Origin: a virus
Length of the DNA stretch: 64,000 bases
Reading direction: 5' to 3' (one strand)
Virus record (IMG/VR): IMGVR_UViG_3300022562_001990
Location: 5,440 to 69,439 of that record
Position numbers and translations under genes: made by a program
Shown: piece after piece, positions 49,401 to 56,617 of the stretch
Layout of the letters: each line of letters opens with the position of its first letter
Position numbering within the stretch: the first letter of the stretch is position 1
The notes under the pieces: generated by a model
What the model saw: the letters and a program-made list of their open reading frames with translations, nothing else
Told to the model about the DNA's origin: nothing
Databases searched by the model: none

Positions 49401-52400
49401 CCTACTTGAAGGGGGCTGGCGTCAACGTCCAGCGCCGCGGATCCAAGATGGTCCTCGGTCCCATGACGGACGAGCACACTGCCAGGCTCTCAAACGGCGC
49501 GATCAAGGAGCCGCTCTTCGTCCGGGGCAAAGACCTTCGAGAAGAGAAGGGTGGGCTCATGGATATCGACATCACAGGTGGCCGCCAGGGCGACAAGTGG
49601 TCTCACATCGAGCTGGCAGAGCCAATTCCGAACCCTGCGTTTGAGAAGCCAATCCGCACTCTGACGGGACTGAACCAGGCCCAGTACAACGGCCTTACGT
49701 CAGGGAAGCTCTTTGTCGATCCCGAGACGGGGGAGTGGGCAGAGTCGGGTGTCACCGGAGGTGCTGGCCTCCAGGCGATGCTCAGGCAGATCGACATCGA
49801 TGATGAGATCAAAAAGAAGACCGACGAAGCGAAGACGGCAAAGACAACTGCAAAGCTGGATGCTGCAAACAAGAGCCTGAAGTACCTCTCCGCTCTGAAG
49901 AAGTTGAACCTTCGGCCGGAGGATGCGTACATCCAGACGAAAATTCCGGTTCTACCGCCCCAGTTTCGACCGGTCATTGAGCTCGAGGGCGGACAGCTCT
50001 CGAACCCCGGCGTGAACACGCTCTACCGAGATGTAGGCCTCATCAACAACGAGCTCGAGTGGCAGAAGACCGTCCCCTATCTCACCGACGAGATCAAGGC
50101 TGAGCTCCGCGAGGACCTCTACAACGGAACGAAGGCAGTTGCTGGTCTTGGTGACCCGATCTTCAGGTACCCACAGAAACGGTCTCCAAAGGGCCTTATC
50201 ACGCAGATCACGGGCGCACCAAAGTCGGGGAAAGAGGGCATGTTCATCAAGAAGGTCCTCAAGCGCAACCAGGACCTTGTCGGCCGCGGAACCATCATTC
50301 CTGAGCCAAAGCTCGGCTTGGACGAGGTTGGCCTCCCGGAGGAGATGTCGTGGAATCTTTTCGAGCCATTCGTCACAAGGCGGCTCGTCAACAGCGCCGG
50401 CAAGTCGCCACTCATGGCAGCCGAGGAAGTTCGAAAGCGCACTCCTGTTGCCAAGGCAGCCCTCGAGGCTGAGATGGCCGAACGGCCAGTCCTACTCAAT
50501 CGGGCACCGTCCCTTCACAAGTTCTCCATCATGGCCTTCAAGCCTCGCCTCACAGATGGCAAGGCAATCAAGATTCCACCGCTTGTCGTGAAGGGGTTCA
50601 ACGCCGACTTCGATGGTGACGCAATGACGGTTCACGTACCCGTGCTCACCGAGGCGGTGCAGGAGGCGGAGCGCATGCTCCCATCCAACAACCTGTTCAA
50701 CCCAGGTACCGGTGGCATCATGACGCAGCCGCAGAACGAAGCTGCGCTTGGTCTCTACATGATGTCCAAGGATCCTCAGAAGAGCGAGAGCATCATCAAG
50801 GAGCTCCCCAAGCCACTGCAGGAAAAGTATCGCGGCGTCGAGCTCAACAAAAAGAACCTCGGCAACCTCATGAAGGACATGGCCGAGGTGGCGCCTCGCG
50901 AGCACGGAAAGGTCATCGACAAGCTCAAGGCCATGGGCGATGAGCACACCTACAAGACCGGGTTCTCCGTTGGCATCAACGATCTAACCCCGGCCATTCC
51001 GGAGCGAGACAAGATCTTCAAGAAGACTGAGCAGAGCATCGCAAAGCTGAAACTCAGTGACCCGAAGGGCGTCGAGAGAGCGCGAGAGATTCTCGACAAG
51101 GCCAATGGCGAGCTCGAGGAGGCCATGAAGAAGCGTCTTGGAGAACAAGACAACAACTTCGACCTGATGGTTCGCTCTGGAGCCAGAGGCAACATCACCC
51201 AGCTCAAGCAGATCGTTTCGTCGCCATTCATGGTTCCAGACCACAAAGGCGACCCCATCCCTCTCCCTGTCACTAGGTCTTTCGCCCAGGGCCTCAAGTT
51301 CTCTGACTACTGGAATACGCTCTACGGGGCGCGAACTGTTGCAACCGAAAAGCAACTCCAGACCAGTGTCCCCGGTGCCTTCAACAAGGACATCATGGCG
51401 GCATCGATCACCAATGTCGTTGCCGACAGCGACTGCAAAACATCCAAGGGCCTCGAGATCGGAATCGACAGCCCAGATGTAGAGGATCGGTTTCTGGCAA
51501 AGGATGTTTCTGTCAACGGAACCATCATTGCGAGAGCTGGAAACCCTGTCACCCCTGGGCTCCTCAACACCATGCGAGAGCGACACGTTGGGAAGGTCGA
51601 AGTGCGGTCTCCGTTGACCTGCAAGCTCCCTAAGGGAACTTGTGCAAAGTGCTACGGGCTTACCGAGAATGGGCAGCTTCCTGCGATCGGCGACAACATC
51701 GGCGCCATCTCCGGGCAGGCTCTCAGTGAACCCTTGACCCAGATGACGCTCCGAACCTTCCATTCCGGCGGCGTGTCTCAGGCCCGCGGCGTAGCAACGG
51801 GCTACGACAAGATCGACAAGCTTCTCAAGATGCAGAAGATCAAGCGCGGCAAGGCCACTCTCGCCCAGGTCAGCGGCAAGGTGGAATCCGTCAAGGAGGC
51901 GCCAGGTGGAACGGGCAAGAACGTGAAGATTGGGAAGACGACCCACTTCATCCCGAACGAGCTCTGGGAGCCGTCGATGGTCAGGACCGGGAAGTCGGTC
52001 GAGAAGGGCGACATCCTGTCTGCCGGACTGGCGCAGCCGAACGAGCTTGCCGATCTCAAGGGAATGCTCCCCGCCCAGGAGTACATCTCCAGCCAGGTGC
52101 AGGACGCCTACCAGAAGCAAGGCGTTCCCATCAAACGGCGCGCTGTCGAAACGGTGCTCAGAGCTGTCGGGAACACGACGAAGGTGCTCGACCCGGGCGA
52201 CAGCGGGTTCCTCCCCGGAGACATTGCCCCCTACACAGCCGTCGAGGACTTCAACAACAAGTCGCTCGGCAAGAAGATGATCGAAGAGGCTCTCGGGCAC
52301 CGCCTTCAGGAGGATATGCCTGGCGTGAAAAAGGGGACCGTCATCACCGAGAGGGTCAAGAACATCCTCGAAAGGGCAGGTATCAGCAAGGTCGAGGTCG

Positions 52401-52636
52401 GCCCCAAGCCCATCGATCACCAGCCCTTCCTCTCAGGAATTCAGCGAGCTCCGCTGATGCGAGACGACTGGATGAGCCAGATGGGCTACCAGTACCTCAA
52501 AGATGCCATAATCGAGGGCGCAGGTTCCGCCGGTGAGTCAGACATCCACGGATATTCGCCCATCCCAGCCTTCGCCTATGGCGCGGAGTTTGGCGATGAG
52601 CCGGCCGGCCTCTCGAAGAAGAAGGGCGTGTACTGA
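46448..52636 (+). CDS. rpoBC: DNA-directed RNA polymerase, single-chain beta-beta' fusion
   Basis: Beta motifs: DQTNPL, HPSHLGFLDPIHTP, NFEDGI, GDKLTNRHGGKG, LNPHGIVSR. Beta' motifs: HIELAEP, PVLPPQFRP, LNRAPSLH, NADFDGD (50600-50620), SEPLTQMTLRTFH. No stop between the halves. Confidence 0.96.
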   Translation: METLDYGTQFEGLKKDVVAAFTKALDIQAKGTNRQIRVNKVWIDDTKNSSDWESQREAVRKDKTWGVPVYASLDLIDRKTGKVFSSAKRIKVATLPKNTDLGSFIVDGKHYQVQNQLRRKPGIYVTEKKTGEKKTEINIKGRPFDIEYNDQEATFGFIRGQNKTPIPLYPILSRIGISDSALAKAWGEDVLAANKAVPKKQQETAVIKAAEYLTGSKLDSPDAAAKAIADYLEDTELRPEVTKETVGKAFENASPEAVFRGSIELLKAARGERKPDDRQALEFKKVMGTRDLIRERLLQESGELAPKLAEFRKKVYWRLNNRKAPPTDISKLVSSNEFTPAVTNFFTQSQLASTTDQTNPLNILNGMSKVTILGEGGVSSENVIRDEERGVHPSHLGFLDPIHTPDSGKIGVVGNLPLGVKRQGDSLMTRIFDPKTKKSRYVSPSEMRSLNVAFPDQYKNGEFIDEKVKALLKDNELGIVDASKIDAVLASPKQAFSISSNTIPFLPSAQGVRAQMATKMLEQAIPLAEREAPLVQVKAGRSTMEEGIGEGFSVRALEDGVVEKVTPNRIIIATKDGKVEQPIFNNLKLNKKAFLHGEPTVKEGDQVKKGQVIADSNFTRDGTLAIGTNLRAAYVPYKGLNFEDGIVITETAAKKLSSEHIHEHAVSPDKGDEYDLDAFLAWDPGRLDVEQQKKLDKDGIVRKGQIVKRGDPLWVGTRENRQDPEYIAMRKISPNAKPRRGHMESWTNDVDGEVVDVVKTGKKVKVYVKTKEPAQIGDKLTNRHGGKGIITKIIPDGEAPHTGDGENVDILLNPHGIVSRINPSQMLETAAAKMADKLNATYVVDNFSGEDYVETIKKELEKTKVSDKELLFDPHSKDPLGEVLVGPQYFLKLNKQATSQFSARSDGKYDANKSPLRGGEDGAKSLDLLTFYSMLSHGSRANLREMATYKASKNDHFWNWLKGGHKSGMVKPPPVPTFAYNKFEAYLKGAGVNVQRRGSKMVLGPMTDEHTARLSNGAIKEPLFVRGKDLREEKGGLMDIDITGGRQGDKWSHIELAEPIPNPAFEKPIRTLTGLNQAQYNGLTSGKLFVDPETGEWAESGVTGGAGLQAMLRQIDIDDEIKKKTDEAKTAKTTAKLDAANKSLKYLSALKKLNLRPEDAYIQTKIPVLPPQFRPVIELEGGQLSNPGVNTLYRDVGLINNELEWQKTVPYLTDEIKAELREDLYNGTKAVAGLGDPIFRYPQKRSPKGLITQITGAPKSGKEGMFIKKVLKRNQDLVGRGTIIPEPKLGLDEVGLPEEMSWNLFEPFVTRRLVNSAGKSPLMAAEEVRKRTPVAKAALEAEMAERPVLLNRAPSLHKFSIMAFKPRLTDGKAIKIPPLVVKGFNADFDGDAMTVHVPVLTEAVQEAERMLPSNNLFNPGTGGIMTQPQNEAALGLYMMSKDPQKSESIIKELPKPLQEKYRGVELNKKNLGNLMKDMAEVAPREHGKVIDKLKAMGDEHTYKTGFSVGINDLTPAIPERDKIFKKTEQSIAKLKLSDPKGVERAREILDKANGELEEAMKKRLGEQDNNFDLMVRSGARGNITQLKQIVSSPFMVPDHKGDPIPLPVTRSFAQGLKFSDYWNTLYGARTVATEKQLQTSVPGAFNKDIMAASITNVVADSDCKTSKGLEIGIDSPDVEDRFLAKDVSVNGTIIARAGNPVTPGLLNTMRERHVGKVEVRSPLTCKLPKGTCAKCYGLTENGQLPAIGDNIGAISGQALSEPLTQMTLRTFHSGGVSQARGVATGYDKIDKLLKMQKIKRGKATLAQVSGKVESVKEAPGGTGKNVKIGKTTHFIPNELWEPSMVRTGKSVEKGDILSAGLAQPNELADLKGMLPAQEYISSQVQDAYQKQGVPIKRRAVETVLRAVGNTTKVLDPGDSGFLPGDIAPYTAVEDFNNKSLGKKMIEEALGHRLQEDMPGVKKGTVITERVKNILERAGISKVEVGPKPIDHQPFLSGIQRAPLMRDDWMSQMGYQYLKDAIIEGAGSAGESDIHGYSPIPAFAYGAEFGDEPAGLSKKKGVY

Positions 52637-53640
52637 TGGATGAGATCGAATACCCAGGAATCCCTCCGCGAGAGAAAAGAGAGGAAGACAACTTCCTGCC
52701 TGCCCTCGCCGGGGCAGCGTCGCTGTTCCTCACGCCAAAGATGCTTGAGCCATACGGCAGGATCCCGCTCGAGATGTACGAGAAGTCCACTGCCGACCTG
52801 GCGATCAAGGCTCCCCAGGGAACTCCTCTCGAGCAGATCGCAGAGTTCACGCCGGATGAGGTTCAAAAGATCCGAGGGTTCGCCGACAGGAAGGGCGTCA
52901 CGGCAGCAATCGAGGCCGCCGGGCCTGGAGAAGGAAGCCACTTCGCCCTCCGTGGCATTGGGGATGAGGGCGTTGTCAGGCTGGGCAAGAGCCACGTTCC
53001 GAGTGCCCTTCACGAGATCGGCCACGCCTCTCCCATCCTAGGAAGCCGCGGTCTTCGAGACACCTCTCTCATTGGCCACTCTCTCTCGCGAGGCCGGCCA
53101 GGAAAGCTACTCCGCGCAGCAATCGGCCTGAACCTTCTCCGCGACCAGGAGGACGCTGGTGAGCTCTCCCAGTTCGCCTACGAGAATGCGCCAGCCCTCA
53201 TGGGGGCCACCTATGCCCCGATGCTCCTCGAGGAGGCCCGTGCGAGCGGTCACGCCATCGCAGGAGGTAAAAAATTCGGCCCTGGAGCCATGGAGACTGC
53301 CAAGTCGATGGCGCCGGCCTTCGGGACCTATCTCACGAGAGCGCTTGCCCCCATCATTGCGGCTATCGTCACCAAGAGGGTTGTGGAGAGCGTGCGTGGG
53401 TCCAAGGACGGCCATGAAAAGGAGGCGCTCGAGCAGACGCCACGCATCCTTCGGGCAAGCGCGGCTTCGGCCTGGCGAATGAGGCCGCCGGCGGCCAAGC
53501 CGAAGACCACGAAGCCGACAAGCAGCCTCTCCGCAAACGGCAAGGAGGTCGCGAAGCTTCAGCCTCCAAGCAACAAGGCCTACTACCGGGACCTTCTTGA
53601 GTCTCTGCACAACCCGGCGCGCGGGTTCCGTAGCACCTAG
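52636..53640 (+). CDS. Putative zincin metalloprotease
   Basis: ALHEIGHA (HExxH) with downstream EEARAS third-ligand-like motif; coupled to the RNAP stop (TGATG). Confidence 0.65.
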   Translation: MDEIEYPGIPPREKREEDNFLPALAGAASLFLTPKMLEPYGRIPLEMYEKSTADLAIKAPQGTPLEQIAEFTPDEVQKIRGFADRKGVTAAIEAAGPGEGSHFALRGIGDEGVVRLGKSHVPSALHEIGHASPILGSRGLRDTSLIGHSLSRGRPGKLLRAAIGLNLLRDQEDAGELSQFAYENAPALMGATYAPMLLEEARASGHAIAGGKKFGPGAMETAKSMAPAFGTYLTRALAPIIAAIVTKRVVESVRGSKDGHEKEALEQTPRILRASAASAWRMRPPAAKPKTTKPTSSLSANGKEVAKLQPPSNKAYYRDLLESLHNPARGFRST

Positions 53641-54152
53641 TTTGGCTTCTTGGTGAATCCGTAGCAGGCGAGATCGGCACCCTTCGTCCCGAGCTCGACG
53701 CAAGACTTCTCGCCGTTGTTGTCGCCGTCCATGGGGGCGCTGATGAACCACCTGCAGTCTCTGCAGCGAAGCTGCTTTCCACGGTACCCGGCCTCTCTGT
53801 AGTCCTGCGTCATATTTCTCGAGTCCTCTCGAAGGTGGGCTCTAAGAAAAAGGCGCTCACGCGCTGCAGGCTCAAGGTCCTTCAGATCTACCCGATGAAT
53901 GATCAGGTGATCTCTGAAGGCCTTGAGTTCTGCAGGCGGGATTACAACTTCGTTCTCTTCGAGGAAGGCTTGGAGCTCAACCAGGCTTCCGTCCTCCACG
54001 CTGCGTCTGAGGATTTTGCCGAGGGTTTTGATGTGTTCCGGGGTTTGTAGGTCCAGAATCTTCTTGGCCTCAGCAACGCGCTTTTCAACATCCTCGAGGA
54101 CTCTCAGCTGCGCGGGGGACAGCTTGCTGCGGTCTAGCTCTTTTGCCTCCAT
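53637..54152 (-). CDS. Hypothetical protein with C-terminal Cys cluster
   Basis: CRDC...C...C; shares CTAG stop with the convergent gene. Confidence 0.7.
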   Translation of the reverse strand: MEAKELDRSKLSPAQLRVLEDVEKRVAEAKKILDLQTPEHIKTLGKILRRSVEDGSLVELQAFLEENEVVIPPAELKAFRDHLIIHRVDLKDLEPAARERLFLRAHLREDSRNMTQDYREAGYRGKQLRCRDCRWFISAPMDGDNNGEKSCVELGTKGADLACYGFTKKPN

Positions 54153-54159
54153 AGGACGC

Positions 54160-54648
54160 TCATGCTAGCCCAATATGCGCCCCAACGAAATTCCCCAGGT
54201 CGCACGGAGGCATCGTTCTGATCCGTCCGAGGTCGTGGGCAACTGATGAGATTGGGCAGTGCGTCGCGAGATTCGGTGTCCAAGAGAGTATTTGCCTGAT
54301 ATCTCGGGCAATGTACGCCGAATCATCGATGTCCCCTTCGTCGAATCGATCGACACAGCCAAAGCCATCGGCAAGCTGGTCGGTTTCCTCGACTCGCAGA
54401 TTGAGGTTCTTCATGACAACCCAGAACGAGTCCGTGTCCGGGGCGACAATCAGAAGCCTCAGGGCTGCGATTGGGAACGGAGAGCTGCTCCAGCAATAGT
54501 TGCCAGAGAGCCCTGCCAGTGGTGGACTGAGCTCACAGAGAAGTCCGTTCTCTTTCACGAAGAAAGACCCTGTGGGTAGGACGAGGTCTTCCTTTGTCGG
54601 GCTTGGCTCTTTCACCCGTTTGTTTTCATGGTGGGCATAGAATAGCAA
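54160..54648 (-). CDS. Hypothetical protein (start uncertain)
   Basis: Fills the gap in the minus-strand operon; the antisense frame is also open. Confidence 0.45.
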   Translation of the reverse strand: MLFYAHHENKRVKEPSPTKEDLVLPTGSFFVKENGLLCELSPPLAGLSGNYCWSSSPFPIAALRLLIVAPDTDSFWVVMKNLNLRVEETDQLADGFGCVDRFDEGDIDDSAYIARDIRQILSWTPNLATHCPISSVAHDLGRIRTMPPCDLGNFVGAHIGLA

Positions 54649-54675
54649 GGTGGGATCCTCCTGATACGGGGTTGG

Positions 54676-55095
54676 CTAGAACGGGATGTCGTCGTCGCTG
54701 CTTCCCGGTCCAGGATCCTCGTAGTTCCCGTAGCCATCGTTGCCACCTCCGCTGCCGCCGCCAGACTTCTCCGAAGTCTTCGGGCCAAACTCCCAGTAGG
54801 TGCCCTTGCCCTCGGTAGTCCACCTGTCGTTCCCCTCCTTGTCCTGCCACTTGCGGACTTGGATTTTCGACTTGGTGAAGATCCAATCGCCCTTCTTGAA
54901 GAACTTGGCGATGGTCTCTCCGCTTTTGCCCCAGAAGTTCACGTTCCACCAGGTCGTGCGCTCCTGCTTGTTGCCGTCCTTGTCCTTCCACCTCTCGGTG
55001 TCTGCGATTCGGATGGAGGTTACGGTTGTATCGCCAACCGTCCTGGTCTCTGGATCTGCACCCAGGTAGCCAGTAAAAACTACTTCGTTTGCCAT
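54676..55095 (-). CDS. ssb: Single-stranded DNA-binding protein
   Basis: NEVVFTGYLGADPE OB-fold start, WWNVNFWG, Gly linker and DDDIPF tail. Confidence 0.96.
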   Translation of the reverse strand: MANEVVFTGYLGADPETRTVGDTTVTSIRIADTERWKDKDGNKQERTTWWNVNFWGKSGETIAKFFKKGDWIFTKSKIQVRKWQDKEGNDRWTTEGKGTYWEFGPKTSEKSGGGSGGGNDGYGNYEDPGPGSSDDDIPF

Positions 55096-55112
55096 TTGAT
55101 TTCTTTCTCCTT

Positions 55113-55134
55113 CCTCAGCACCCGCTGAGGTTTT
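55113..55134. terminator. Perfect 7-bp hairpin CCTCAGC-ACCC-GCTGAGG plus TTTT
   Basis: Has terminator form on the + strand and abuts the ssb SD on the - strand. Confidence 0.5.
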
Positions 55135-55148
55135 AGTTGTACAAGTAC

Positions 55149-55156
55149 CTTATGCC
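55149..55156 (-). promoter_or_regulatory. GGCATAAG putative phage-specific promoter (ssb unit)
   Basis: Exact octamer 53 nt upstream of the ssb ATG. Confidence 0.65.
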
Positions 55157-55191
55157 AGCAGATTGCGTGTCCTCTGGGGTAACATGGCGGT

Positions 55192-56157
55192 GTGTGGAAC
55201 GGGGTAAATCCTAGCGCCAACCTCATCCTTTACGGGACTCTCGGGGAAGAAAGCGTCAAGCACCCAGGAACCTACCGGTTCACTTCGACGATGGGGCATC
55301 CGTTTCCCAATGCCCTTCTCCTGACCCCCGACGCCGATACCGATGGCGGAGGCGAGTTCACGAAACCTCGCCCCGGATCCCAATGCGTAGCCGTGACTAC
55401 CGCCGACGGGGGCCAGTGCTTCATCGTTGGTTTTACCGCCCCGGCTGTCTTCGACGAAAGCAACGACGACGACCCGGTCCTCGGGCTCCCAGAGGATAAC
55501 CTCACGTCGGGGGACAAGGTCTATCGAACCAAGGGCGGGGCGACGGTGATTCTCAAGCGCGGGGGCGCGGTGATGATCGAGGGCGGGGCCGGAACAAGCA
55601 TCACCCTGAACCCCCTTGAGAAGCAGTGGTGGATGTCTTTCCGCGCATCCAACTTCAAGCAGAGCGTCGATGGCTACATGGCTCAGCGCGGTCGCAAGGA
55701 GCCGGGGACCACGAAGCCTGAGACTGTTCATCGAGAGCAGTTCCTCCATCAGGTCGGTTCGACCTACGACCGATTCACGATTGAGCATGGCGACCTGAGC
55801 AATAGCGTCCGCAGGTCTCTGGTCCTCGAGGAGGTCACCATCATCTCCAGCTCGGAGCAGACCACGGTCAAGACACGAGAGAGGTACTTCAGTGACGGGC
55901 ACTGGATTGGGGAGGGTCCCAAGTACCAGTGGGGTGGCGAGTCTGCCGATGAGCCCATTGTCCTCGGCAATGCCCTGGTTGACGCCATGAACACTCTCAT
56001 GGACATCATCAAGAATCTCAAGGTAAACACAGCCTGGGGGCCTTCCACTCCACCGATTCCTCCTACCCCCATCGACCTTGAGAGCCTGAAAAGCGAGCTC
56101 GGTGATAAGATCCTCTCTACGTTCATGTTCACAACGAAAGAACCTGTGGAGTTCTGA
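55192..56157 (+). CDS. Putative baseplate central spike (gpV/gp138-like)
   Basis: KPRPGSQCVAV...FIVGF OB-fold motif, a beta-strand run, then EPIVLGNALV...NTAWGPSTPP. Confidence 0.65.
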   Translation: MWNGVNPSANLILYGTLGEESVKHPGTYRFTSTMGHPFPNALLLTPDADTDGGGEFTKPRPGSQCVAVTTADGGQCFIVGFTAPAVFDESNDDDPVLGLPEDNLTSGDKVYRTKGGATVILKRGGAVMIEGGAGTSITLNPLEKQWWMSFRASNFKQSVDGYMAQRGRKEPGTTKPETVHREQFLHQVGSTYDRFTIEHGDLSNSVRRSLVLEEVTIISSSEQTTVKTRERYFSDGHWIGEGPKYQWGGESADEPIVLGNALVDAMNTLMDIIKNLKVNTAWGPSTPPIPPTPIDLESLKSELGDKILSTFMFTTKEPVEF

Positions 56158-56609
56158 TGCCACTCGGAGCTCACATCACGACGCTCGGCGACGGCTTCAA
56201 GATTCTGTTTGATGCCGAGAAGGCTCCGCAAACCACTCCGGAGGCGGCTCGGGTATGGGCCAAGGCCTACACCGACTGGGCCAAGATCGGAGGAGTTCCA
56301 GCCGCAACCGCCAAGGAAGCCCCTCTCGCGGCCGCACTCACGACCGCCTTCAACCCCGAGCTCGCTGGCGGCGGGCCTCCCCTTTTCATTCAGGCCCTTG
56401 TGACATTTTGGGCAGGGCTACCGGTCCCAGAGCAGGCAGGGATCGTGTCTGCAATCATTCCCTCCGGGAGTGTCAGCAGTCCGCAGCCAGACGACGCAAC
56501 CCCAGACCAGCAAGCACAGGGCTTGGCCTCCGTGATCGCTGGATTTACACTCGGATCGGTAAAGGTGCAGCTGCTGGCGCCGCCAAACCCGATCGTTCCG
56601 CTGCTATAG
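56157..56609 (+). CDS. Hypothetical protein coupled to the spike gene
   Basis: TGATG coupling; 150 aa. Confidence 0.65.
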   Translation: MPLGAHITTLGDGFKILFDAEKAPQTTPEAARVWAKAYTDWAKIGGVPAATAKEAPLAAALTTAFNPELAGGGPPLFIQALVTFWAGLPVPEQAGIVSAIIPSGSVSSPQPDDATPDQQAQGLASVIAGFTLGSVKVQLLAPPNPIVPLL

Positions 56610-56617
56610 GAGACCTC

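Noticed and set aside
46448-52636. Host chromosomal rpoBC locus
   Set aside because: No ribosomal protein neighbours; it is flanked by phage genes and is strongly reduced and divergent.
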